DNA of 28,336 nt from a virus (taxonomy: Duplodnaviria > Caudoviricetes). A program made the position numbers and the translations under genes. The stretch is from the IMG/VR virus record IMGVR_UViG_3300025277_000114, positions 1-28,336 of that record. The stretch is one strand, 5' to 3'. How positions within the stretch are numbered: the stretch's first letter is position 1; the number at the start of each line of letters is the position of its first letter. The notes beneath the pieces were generated by a model. It worked only from the letters and a program-made list of their open reading frames with translations. It had not been told where the DNA came from and ran no database searches. This document shows positions 14,315 to 21,461 of the stretch, piece by piece.

Positions 14315-14474
14315 CGTGTTGCTTCCTTCATGTTAGTGGTTGTTTCGTCTCTCTATATACTATAGCGTCAAAACTCAGAAAATGTTACATAGTTTTTACC
14401 CCAATATCGTGGTTTGTCAATAATGGGAATTCCATTCTATTAGTGAGAATATCCCTATTTCTCCAATATTGACG

Positions 14475-14550
14475 TAAGTCGTTGCCCTGTAAGGGTTTAT
14501 GTCCACGGGGCCGGGCTTCGCGTCGTAAGTCCTTTGCTGGTAAGGGTTTA
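14475..14550. repeat. Double-box element 10
   Basis: TAAGTCGTT-GCCCTGT-AAGGGTTTA / 26 bp / TAAGTCCTT-TGCTGGT-AAGGGTTTA. Confidence 0.93.
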
Positions 14551-14561
14551 CGTTGATTTCT

Positions 14562-14625
14562 CGCTGACACGCTGGCTATACACATCACCCGACAGGGTCG
14601 GGTGAGACACACCGTGTCTCACCCG
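14562..14625. repeat. Hairpin element B4
   Basis: TCACCCGAC-AGG-GTCGGGTGA overlapping CGGGTGAGACAC-ACC-GTGTCTCACCCG. Confidence 0.85.
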
Positions 14626-14626
14626 C

Positions 14627-14714
14627 ATTGAGACTGAGTCTCAATCTCAATCCAATTGAGACTGAGTCTCAATCTCAATCCCCCAGAAAAGCCGAATTGA
14701 GACTGAGTCTCAAT
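14627..14714. promoter_or_regulatory. Three copies of the 19-bp 9-1-9 palindrome ATTGAGACTGAGTCTCAAT (Fur-box-like operator candidate)
   Basis: Exact copies at 14627-14645, 14655-14673 and 14696-14714. Confidence 0.6.
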
Positions 14715-14744
14715 CGGCAGATTCCCAGGAATAGGAAGCCGTTC

Positions 14745-15185
14745 CTATTTCTGACAAAGTGGGGCGAATTCCATTTTGTCAACTGTGAACGTCTTCGGGT
14801 ATTCTTCCCCGATGCACTCAACCCGGCAGACTATGCTTCCTGTCTTGCTTTCCCAAGGTTCCTGAACCACCTTGCCCTGCCTATCCTTCCCATTGTACGA
14901 GAACGCCACAGAGTCTCCCGCCTTCATTCCCCGATGAACCGCAATTGCCACCGGGTCTGTCATGGTTTGACTGATTGTCCAGGATCCTGGTTGATCCCAT
15001 TCGGCACGAGTCAGAACAAGCGTAGCCTGTCCGTATCCGGTCAGCAGTTCAGTATGGGGAGCGTCGTATCCGCAGCCACCTTTGCTGTTCAGCAGTGCGT
15101 CAGCAGCCACTACCAATCGACCACCTGCAAAGTATGGTGCTGCGAATCGTGCTGCCTGGTTCTGGTCGATGTAAACTGTGTTCAT
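14745..15185 (-). CDS. Two-domain protein: paralog of 12422..12664 plus C-terminal WYL/SH3-like domain
   Basis: N-terminal similarity seen directly; C-terminal V.FSYNGK.R.G....KTFTVDKM resembles WYL-like folds (inference). Confidence 0.75.
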   Translation of the reverse strand: MNTVYIDQNQAARFAAPYFAGGRLVVAADALLNSKGGCGYDAPHTELLTGYGQATLVLTRAEWDQPGSWTISQTMTDPVAIAVHRGMKAGDSVAFSYNGKDRQGKVVQEPWESKTGSIVCRVECIGEEYPKTFTVDKMEFAPLCQK

Positions 15186-15245
15186 GGTCGTTTTCCTTTG
15201 AGGAGAGTGTGGGGCAGGAACAATCCTGCCCCGTAGTGTGGTGCC

Positions 15246-15686
15246 TTAGCGAATGGTTGAAAGAATCTCTTCGACGATTCCGGATGTTGTCAGTTTGTCC
15301 AGACGTTTCCGGATCGTCAATCCCCTGGTCCCTGCCTGTTTCCAGGTTCGTGCCTGGTTCGCCAGTTCTTCAATCTGCCAGCCTCGAACGTCAGCCACTA
15401 GTTGCTTGAATTCTATCCGGTTGCAGGTTACGTCATGCCGATCGCCGAAACCTTCGCTAAGTGCCAAAGGTGCCTGAATTGCCAGGGCTTCGATTTCGAC
15501 GTTACCCTTCGTATTGTTACAGAACGAGCATAAAGCCTGCAGATTGTCCAGATCGTCTGAACCGCCCAAACTACGTGGCTTAACATGGTCGATCTCCATC
15601 GTCAGACTGTCTGAGAATCCACAGGATCGGCACCGGCAATTGTCCCGGATCAATACTGCCTGTTTGGTTTGTTCGCTGATTGCCAT
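15246..15686 (-). CDS. HNH endonuclease
   Basis: RDNCRCRSCG...EIDHVKPRSLGGSDDLDNLQALCSFCNNTKG; start MAISE after AAGGA. Confidence 0.88.
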   Translation of the reverse strand: MAISEQTKQAVLIRDNCRCRSCGFSDSLTMEIDHVKPRSLGGSDDLDNLQALCSFCNNTKGNVEIEALAIQAPLALSEGFGDRHDVTCNRIEFKQLVADVRGWQIEELANQARTWKQAGTRGLTIRKRLDKLTTSGIVEEILSTIR

Positions 15687-15697
15687 TGATTCGTTCC

Positions 15698-15913
15698 TTA
15701 ATTGCTGATGTTGTTTATCGTGCAAGGCCATTGTTCACCATCACTATCCTCTGCAGTCAGCAGCGGAGTCTCGCTTGTGTCGATGTTGACGACCGATGAA
15801 TTCTGATCGATATCGACGATAGTCGCCGTTCTGTATCCACAATCGTCAAGAATGATTGAATCTCCGATCTTGACTGTAAACCCGGTTTCGTCGCATGTTA
15901 CGCTGTTGATCAT
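15698..15913 (-). CDS. Hypothetical protein (start MINSVT), paralog of 13991..14314
   Basis: GAGGAAACAACA-ATG leader; first gene of the leftward arm. Confidence 0.75.
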   Translation of the reverse strand: MINSVTCDETGFTVKIGDSIILDDCGYRTATIVDIDQNSSVVNIDTSETPLLTAEDSDGEQWPCTINNISN

Positions 15914-15953
15914 TGTTGTTTCCTCGTTTGTTGTTTGTCTTGCGTCTGTATTC

Positions 15954-15981
15954 ATTATCGACATTCTGCCACCCATTGCAA
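15954..15981 (-). promoter_or_regulatory. Promoter TTGCAA-N16-GATAAT
   Basis: First promoter of the leftward arm. Confidence 0.6.
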
Positions 15982-16015
15982 GATAACAATTCACCAGATT
16001 CTTAAGATCGTCCTC

Positions 16016-16034
16016 ATTGAGATTCAGTCTCAAT
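16016..16034. promoter_or_regulatory. Fourth 9-1-9 palindrome variant ATTGAGATTCAGTCTCAAT
   Basis: 17/19 match to the 14627 palindrome; 35 bp upstream of the 15976-15981 -35 box. Confidence 0.6.
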
Positions 16035-16095
16035 AGTCGCCGCTCCGTTGTCGCTCCCATGCTAAGAATAACGTCCCCATTGTTGAGAAGTTAAC

Positions 16096-16120
16096 CTTGG
16101 TAAGCTTGGTAAGCTTGGTA
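16096..16120. repeat. Short tandem repeat (CTTGGTAAG) x ~3
   Basis: CTTGGTAAG CTTGGTAAG CTTGGTA in the strand-switch intergenic region. Confidence 0.75.
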
Positions 16121-16391
16121 GTCTAGGTAGGGTGGGGGTTTTAGTGGCTCCTGGCAAGGTAGGCTGGCTGGGCAATTTGCGGGGGGTGGTCTACACACTT
16201 CTCAAAAGCCTCAATGTAAATGTACTATCGAAACTACCCCTATCGGCCCCTGTTGTCGAGGCGTAGCCGAGTTATTTGCAACTATTTTCCCAAAAACGGG
16301 AAATATATTTACCAAAAGTGGCTTCTGGTGTATATTATAGGTAGGGAGCAAGCTCCCTACATAAACAGAACCAATATAACGAGGTGTTGAT

Positions 16392-16583
16392 ATGAAAAAT
16401 ACAGAATCTGTGGATGGTAGCGAAGCTGCCCCTTTTGTGTGTGAGACTACCCTAGTTACTAGAGCCACTGCGGAGTTAAACGAGGAGATCCTAGAGGAGC
16501 TTAGTGAGGAAGACCGCTCATTAGCATCTCTTTTAGACACTCCAGCATCTGATGATCGAGGGAGCAAAGCGACCGATGCATAA
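16392..16583 (+). CDS. Small acidic hypothetical protein
   Basis: GAGGTG RBS; GTGTATATT motif upstream. Confidence 0.7.
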   Translation: MKNTESVDGSEAAPFVCETTLVTRATAELNEEILEELSEEDRSLASLLDTPASDDRGSKATDA

Positions 16584-17352
16584 TGTTATGTGTAAAGCCG
16601 ACTTAGTATCTCCCTGTAGGAGGATTCCCCAAAGTGAGGACTTCGAGATCCTAGATCGCTCCTATTTTGAGAAAACCGGATGTGAAATCCCCATAGGTAT
16701 TGACGAACTCTGCATAGCTCAGTTGCCAGAAGGTCAGAATTTCTTTTACCAAATTTCAATATATGATGAGGATGGTAGTCCATTTCAGTCTGAAACCGGA
16801 ATCGGAGAAATCTATACGTATGGTGGCGATAAAACAGCTTTTAAACGCGAGTTTGCGTCCACCTTTATTAATCACAAAATGGGCAGTACACGACATATTG
16901 TAGACAACAAGCCCGTCAAATTTAAACAAAAAACCGAATATTTTGTAGTAAGTTCTTATATACCACAGACATGTCGTGAAGCACTAGTCACCCCCAACTC
17001 CGTCCTGTGTAGTGTTGAGAGATTCGATCCAACGCCCGTTGAGCTTGAGGACAACTCTGTCCTTGGCAGGCTTAATGACAAGATCCAATCTATTGACGGG
17101 GCGGAGTTGCGGACTATCTTAACCGATGACCGTATTGTATCTGCCATAAAGGAATGGAAAAAACCGTTAGTCCTCGCTACTAATAAATTCGAAGTAAAAA
17201 ACCGCTTAACTTGTAGACACATATATGCACGACCCGGATCTAGACCATCAAAACCACAGCCCGGCTTTTTACATTATAATGATGGGCTTGACTGTCTGGA
17301 AATCTTTACGTCGCTAGGTTGGCGTAGTGTCACCACTACCCCAACTAGCTAG
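16552..17352 (+). CDS. Hypothetical protein (possibly virion-associated)
   Basis: 266-aa ORF; C-terminal P.PGFLHYN....CLEIF...GW resembles motifs in fibre-like proteins (inference). Confidence 0.7.
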   Translation: MIEGAKRPMHNVMCKADLVSPCRRIPQSEDFEILDRSYFEKTGCEIPIGIDELCIAQLPEGQNFFYQISIYDEDGSPFQSETGIGEIYTYGGDKTAFKREFASTFINHKMGSTRHIVDNKPVKFKQKTEYFVVSSYIPQTCREALVTPNSVLCSVERFDPTPVELEDNSVLGRLNDKIQSIDGAELRTILTDDRIVSAIKEWKKPLVLATNKFEVKNRLTCRHIYARPGSRPSKPQPGFLHYNDGLDCLEIFTSLGWRSVTTTPTS

Positions 17353-17368
17353 ATAAACAGAGTAATTT

Positions 17369-17881
17369 ATGATGCGAGTTCCAGAAGGTATGACACAACA
17401 AGAAGTGATTGACCAAATTACGATAGTGGTCAATCGTATTGCACCGCGTTATACTTTTTACGGTTATACGGTCGATGATATTAAGCAAGAGGCATTTATT
17501 ATCTGCATGGATGCATTGCATCGTTATGATAATACGAGGAAGTTAGAAAATTTCTTATCGGTTAACCTTTCGAATCGCCTGAAGAATTTTGTAAGAGATA
17601 ACCATTTTACTACTAGTGACTGTCCTCAACGTATCAAGCTCTTTCAACCGGCACAGTTAGACAACGAAGAGAGTCTGGAAGAGGCATGTTTAGATGATGA
17701 CGGTTATAATGTTGATATGAAAGATATGATCGGCATTATTAATCGCGATTTACCACCTTCTATGAGGATGGATTATCTCAAAATGATCAATGACGTATAC
17801 GTTTCGATTGCTCGCAAAGAATATATTAAGGCGACGGTTAAAATCATCTTAGAGGATAACGGTTATTATGAAGAAAGGTAG
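17369..17881 (+). CDS. Phage sigma-factor-like protein (sigma70 region 2)
   Basis: IA.RY...GY..DDIKQEAFI.CMDAL.RYD.....NFL...L.NRL.NF.RD. Confidence 0.75.
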   Translation: MMRVPEGMTQQEVIDQITIVVNRIAPRYTFYGYTVDDIKQEAFIICMDALHRYDNTRKLENFLSVNLSNRLKNFVRDNHFTTSDCPQRIKLFQPAQLDNEESLEEACLDDDGYNVDMKDMIGIINRDLPPSMRMDYLKMINDVYVSIARKEYIKATVKIILEDNGYYEER

Positions 17882-18674
17882 GATATCCAAACAAGAGGAA
17901 CAGTATATACAGGATAACCTGTCTCTAATGTCTCATATTGAGATTGCGGAGAAGCTTGACAGAGATCCCGATAGTGTACAACAGTTCATTAAACGAAAAT
18001 TTAAAATCGGTTTGTCTGGAGAAGAAGAGGCGGCGTATCAACTTGAAGACCGTCCATATTGGTCGAATATTAAGGAGCAGTTTACGGAAGAAGAACTGGA
18101 ACTTTTCAGATACCACTGGTCAAGGATAATTGCTCAATTTAAGGACGATGTTATTCCAACGGAAGAGGTTCAGGTGGTAGACCTTATCAAACTGGACTTA
18201 TTGATGAACCGTTCTTTATCTTCGAGTAAGGATAATTTAGAACAAGTACGGGCCTTGGAAGCTCGAATTACAGAGGAAAGGAGGAACGAGGATCAGGATA
18301 GAGATCAGCTTTTCAACATGGAAAGGCAGGCGGCATCCCTAAAGGCTGCTACAGAAGCACTGGGTAGGGATTACCGTGATCTGCAGGACAAGAAGAACAA
18401 GATGCTGAAGGAAATGAAGGCCACTAGAGAACAACGGGTTAAGCGACTTGAGGATAGTAACCAAAGTTTCACTGGTTGGCTTTCGTTTCTTATCAGTAAT
18501 CCTGAGACAATGAGGGATTACGGTTTAGAGATGGAAAAGATGAGGCTTGCTATGGAAAAAGAGAAGGCTCGCCTTGGATCATTTCATAAATATGATGACG
18601 GCGATGTTGATCAGCCATTTTTAAATCATGAGACGGTTTTTTATGGGGAAGGCGATGATATCAGAGAAGTTTAA
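17868..18674 (+). CDS. HTH plus coiled-coil protein; candidate terminase small subunit
   Basis: N-terminal S..EIAEKLDR...SVQ HTH and long coiled coil; upstream of terL (functional call is inference). Confidence 0.5.
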   Translation: MKKGRISKQEEQYIQDNLSLMSHIEIAEKLDRDPDSVQQFIKRKFKIGLSGEEEAAYQLEDRPYWSNIKEQFTEEELELFRYHWSRIIAQFKDDVIPTEEVQVVDLIKLDLLMNRSLSSSKDNLEQVRALEARITEERRNEDQDRDQLFNMERQAASLKAATEALGRDYRDLQDKKNKMLKEMKATREQRVKRLEDSNQSFTGWLSFLISNPETMRDYGLEMEKMRLAMEKEKARLGSFHKYDDGDVDQPFLNHETVFYGEGDDIREV

Positions 18675-19308
18675 GACGGTTTTTGTTCATAACCCAAAGG
18701 CCGCAGGGACTTCGGTCAAATTGCTACTACAGGAACAAGGAAACGACTGGAAATGTAACGACTGGCATCATAACATTGAAATACTTAGTAAGAAAACTGA
18801 TCGCCTATGGGAAAATTACTATTCGTTTGGTATTTGTCGCAATCCTTACAGCCGGTTTGTCTCAGCTTTCCTATATAATGTAAAGAAAATTAGAAATCTA
18901 GGAGATTACCACTGGGATAAATACCCTACAGCCTATACTATTCTTTCTAAATGGATAGGTAGTAATCGGCATAATATTGATAACTTTCAGGATTTCGTTC
19001 TCGGTCCTGATTTTGATTCGATATTCGACAAGGGGTGGCCCATCCATTTCAAGCCACAATATCAGTTTCTAACAGGTATTCGTAAAGATGTGCAGCTAAA
19101 TAATATAAGCAGGTTCGAAGATATCAGCACAGACACTAGGCTTACCATCAAACTGGCCAATAACGAAATAGAATTATCTTTACCTATACTTAATAATAAT
19201 AAGCCTTATCGCTATCAGGATTTCTATAATGTAGAAGAAGTGATGAGTAAGGTAAGAGACAAATATATACTGGATTTTCATAACTTTGATTACGATACGG
19301 ACCTATAA
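18655..19308 (+). CDS. Sulfotransferase (Sulfotransfer_2-like)
   Basis: 5'-PSB FVHNPKAAGTS, 3'-PB RNPYSRFVSAF, HFKPQ and RFED motifs; start MISEKF (ORF track starts at 18628). Confidence 0.85.
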   Translation: MISEKFKTVFVHNPKAAGTSVKLLLQEQGNDWKCNDWHHNIEILSKKTDRLWENYYSFGICRNPYSRFVSAFLYNVKKIRNLGDYHWDKYPTAYTILSKWIGSNRHNIDNFQDFVLGPDFDSIFDKGWPIHFKPQYQFLTGIRKDVQLNNISRFEDISTDTRLTIKLANNEIELSLPILNNNKPYRYQDFYNVEEVMSKVRDKYILDFHNFDYDTDL

Positions 19309-19325
19309 GGCTGGAGAAATAACGA

Positions 19326-20447
19326 ATGAAAGCAATTATATTCGGAGTAACGGGACAGGATGGCAGCTATCTTGCGGAGTTACTATTAGAAAAAGATTAT
19401 CAAGTCATTGGTGTTTGCAGACGATCCAGTGTAAACAATGCCGAGCGTATCAAGCATCTGCTGGATATCGAGGGGTTTAACACCGTGATCGGAGACGTTA
19501 CAGATGTTTCTAGTATCACCGGTATCTTTCAGGCCCACCCCGATGTAAACGAGATATACAATCTTGCCGCCCAATCTCACGTCGGAGTCTCTTTTAGTCA
19601 GCCTGGAGCCACATGGGATATTACCGGGAAGGGATGTCTGAACATCCTACAAAGTATCGTCGATGTTGGATTAGATGCACGGTTTTATCAAGCAAGTTCC
19701 AGCGAAATGTTTGGAGATAGCTACGATATCCGACTTCCAAAAGATATGAACGGTGAAGTTTATGAGAATAAATACCAAGACGAGATGACTCGTTTTTTAC
19801 CTCAATCGCCATATGCTATCGCTAAAGTTGCTGCTCATCAAGCTGTAAGATTATATAGAGAAGCCTACAATATACATGGAAGCTGTGGTATTTTGTTTAA
19901 CCACGAATCTCCACGTAGAGGTGAAAATTTTGTAACCCGTAAAATAACCAAATGGATTGGTCAGTTTGTAGAATGGTTAGCTTTTCATGGTATTCCGGCA
20001 GAGCGTCTTTCCAAACAATGCTGGAATGACGATGTAGAAATGTTATACTATTCCGGTGAACAAAATTCTTTTCCAAAATTACGTCTAGGCAACTTAGACT
20101 CATTTCGCGATTGGGGATATGCTGGTGATTATGTAGAGGCGATGTGGATGATGCTGCAACAGCAAAAACCGAATGATTTTGTTGTTTGTACTGGTGAGAC
20201 CCATAATATACGAGAATTTTTAGAAATAGCATTTAATCATGCTGGGTTAGAGCATTGGTCACCATATGTATTTATAGACCCTGAATTTTATAGACCAGCG
20301 GAAGTTGATTATCTCAAAGGTGACAATTTTAAAGCACGTAGTTTTCTCAATTGGCAACCAACGCATTCTTTTGAAGACTTAGTAACAATGATGGTCGATC
20401 ATGACATTGATAATACATATGCCAAGGTTCCATCTTGTGTACAATAG
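19326..20447 (+). CDS. gmd: GDP-mannose 4,6-dehydratase
   Basis: GVTGQDGSYLAE, YNLAAQSHV, FYQASSSEMFG, SPYAIAK, LFNHESPRRG.NFVTRKIT, GNLD..RDWG, RPAEVD.L.GD. Confidence 0.96.
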   Translation: MKAIIFGVTGQDGSYLAELLLEKDYQVIGVCRRSSVNNAERIKHLLDIEGFNTVIGDVTDVSSITGIFQAHPDVNEIYNLAAQSHVGVSFSQPGATWDITGKGCLNILQSIVDVGLDARFYQASSSEMFGDSYDIRLPKDMNGEVYENKYQDEMTRFLPQSPYAIAKVAAHQAVRLYREAYNIHGSCGILFNHESPRRGENFVTRKITKWIGQFVEWLAFHGIPAERLSKQCWNDDVEMLYYSGEQNSFPKLRLGNLDSFRDWGYAGDYVEAMWMMLQQQKPNDFVVCTGETHNIREFLEIAFNHAGLEHWSPYVFIDPEFYRPAEVDYLKGDNFKARSFLNWQPTHSFEDLVTMMVDHDIDNTYAKVPSCVQ

Positions 20448-20459
20448 ATCAGACTAACA

Positions 20460-20711
20460 ATGAAGATGTACAAAGTACATATGTGTCTAGCCATAGTGAT
20501 GGGTAGAATTAATAAATATAAACTGTATGAGTTTAACACTGTAAGTCCTATTATCTTTGTTACCGCTAATGATCCAGATGATGCATGTTTTAAGGCTAGT
20601 GCTAAATTAGCCAAGATTCTTACGAAACAGAGTAAGAAAAATAAGAAAACTCTAACTTTTGTTAGAGAGATACTAGATGATATTAAGATCAAACATGTAG
20701 AGGAAGGTTAA
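20460..20711 (+). CDS. Hypothetical protein
   Basis: ORF track; packed in operon. Confidence 0.65.
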   Translation: MKMYKVHMCLAIVMGRINKYKLYEFNTVSPIIFVTANDPDDACFKASAKLAKILTKQSKKNKKTLTFVREILDDIKIKHVEEG

Positions 20712-20980
20712 TGACACGAGATTATAATGACCCTGTATATAAAGAGTGGAGACTGAGAGTATTCAAGAGGGACAAGTTTACTTGTCAAATGCCATCCTGT
20801 GGCCGTAAAAAACGATTGAATGCTCATCATATTAGAAAATGGTCATCCGCACCCCATTTAAGATTTGATGAATATAATGGGATTACATTGTGTTATCAAT
20901 GTCACAAACAAATTACTAAAGACGAACATCTTTACGAACCTCTTTTTATGGACTTAGTTAGATTGAACAGTAATGGCTAA
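20711..20980 (+). CDS. HNH endonuclease (packaging-cluster type)
   Basis: WR..VFKRD.FTCQ..C....LNAHHI.......RFD..NGITLC..CH. Confidence 0.88.
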   Translation: MTRDYNDPVYKEWRLRVFKRDKFTCQMPSCGRKKRLNAHHIRKWSSAPHLRFDEYNGITLCYQCHKQITKDEHLYEPLFMDLVRLNSNG

Positions 20981-21461
20981 AGCTCCAGATTATACGGTTA
21001 TACGCGACACCAGAGAAAGAGAGGGCTATCATTTTAGTAAATTTGATAAATGTCTAGGAATGGTTGTACGTAAGCTAGATACTGGTGATTATACCTTAGT
21101 TGGGCTAGAAGATAAAATTTGCATAGAACGAAAGGGTTGTGTTGAAGAGGTAGCGATAAACTTTGGCAAGAAGAAAAAACAGTTTCTTGCAGAGATCGAA
21201 AGGATGAAAGAATTTCCTCATAGGTTTATTCTCTTAGAATTTACTTTAGAAGATCTTATGAAGTTTCCGCAAGATACAAGGATACCAAACAAGAGCAGTG
21301 TGAAGATAACTGGAAAATATATTTTACGAACATTAATGGAATTTCAAGTACATGATGATGTCCATGTTGTCTTTTGTGGTGACAAGAATAATGCTTTTCT
21401 ATATGCTAATAGCTTATTCAAAAGAATAAACGAAAAGTATACAACTGGGAGGCAAAAATGA
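20973..21461 (+). CDS. ERCC4/XPF-like PD-(D/E)XK nuclease
   Basis: IRDTRE...L.TGDY......IERK signature. Confidence 0.82.
   Translation: MAKAPDYTVIRDTREREGYHFSKFDKCLGMVVRKLDTGDYTLVGLEDKICIERKGCVEEVAINFGKKKKQFLAEIERMKEFPHRFILLEFTLEDLMKFPQDTRIPNKSSVKITGKYILRTLMEFQVHDDVHVVFCGDKNNAFLYANSLFKRINEKYTTGRQK

Noticed and set aside
2796-14550. CRISPR array interpretation of the recurring 25-bp boxes
   Set aside because: Boxes come in pairs separated by 0.7-1.8 kb of genes, are degenerate with variable centres, linkers resemble each other, and no cas genes are present.
7096-14605. N4-type virion RNA polymerase hairpin promoters for family B
   Set aside because: Loops read AAG/AGG (or CTT/CCT), not the GNA triloop, sigma70-like promoters already serve these genes, and no vRNAP is visible.
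5696-14612. ORFs 5696..6013, 8925..9152, 13467..13652, 14385..14612 and 3802..4110 with similar KSL..KGLR-type or NPL peptides
   Set aside because: They are translations of the double-box element running antisense to or across real genes, not a protein family.
14628-15236. 202-aa + strand ORF starting MRLSLNLN
   Set aside because: It begins in the palindrome repeats and is antisense to 14745..15185, which has a paralog and a good RBS.
2796-16000. Canonical integron (intI/attI) or IS/transposon
   Set aside because: No ORF with tyrosine-recombinase or transposase motifs was recognised, and the elements lack strict RYYYAAC/GTTRRRY ends, so only an analogy is claimed.
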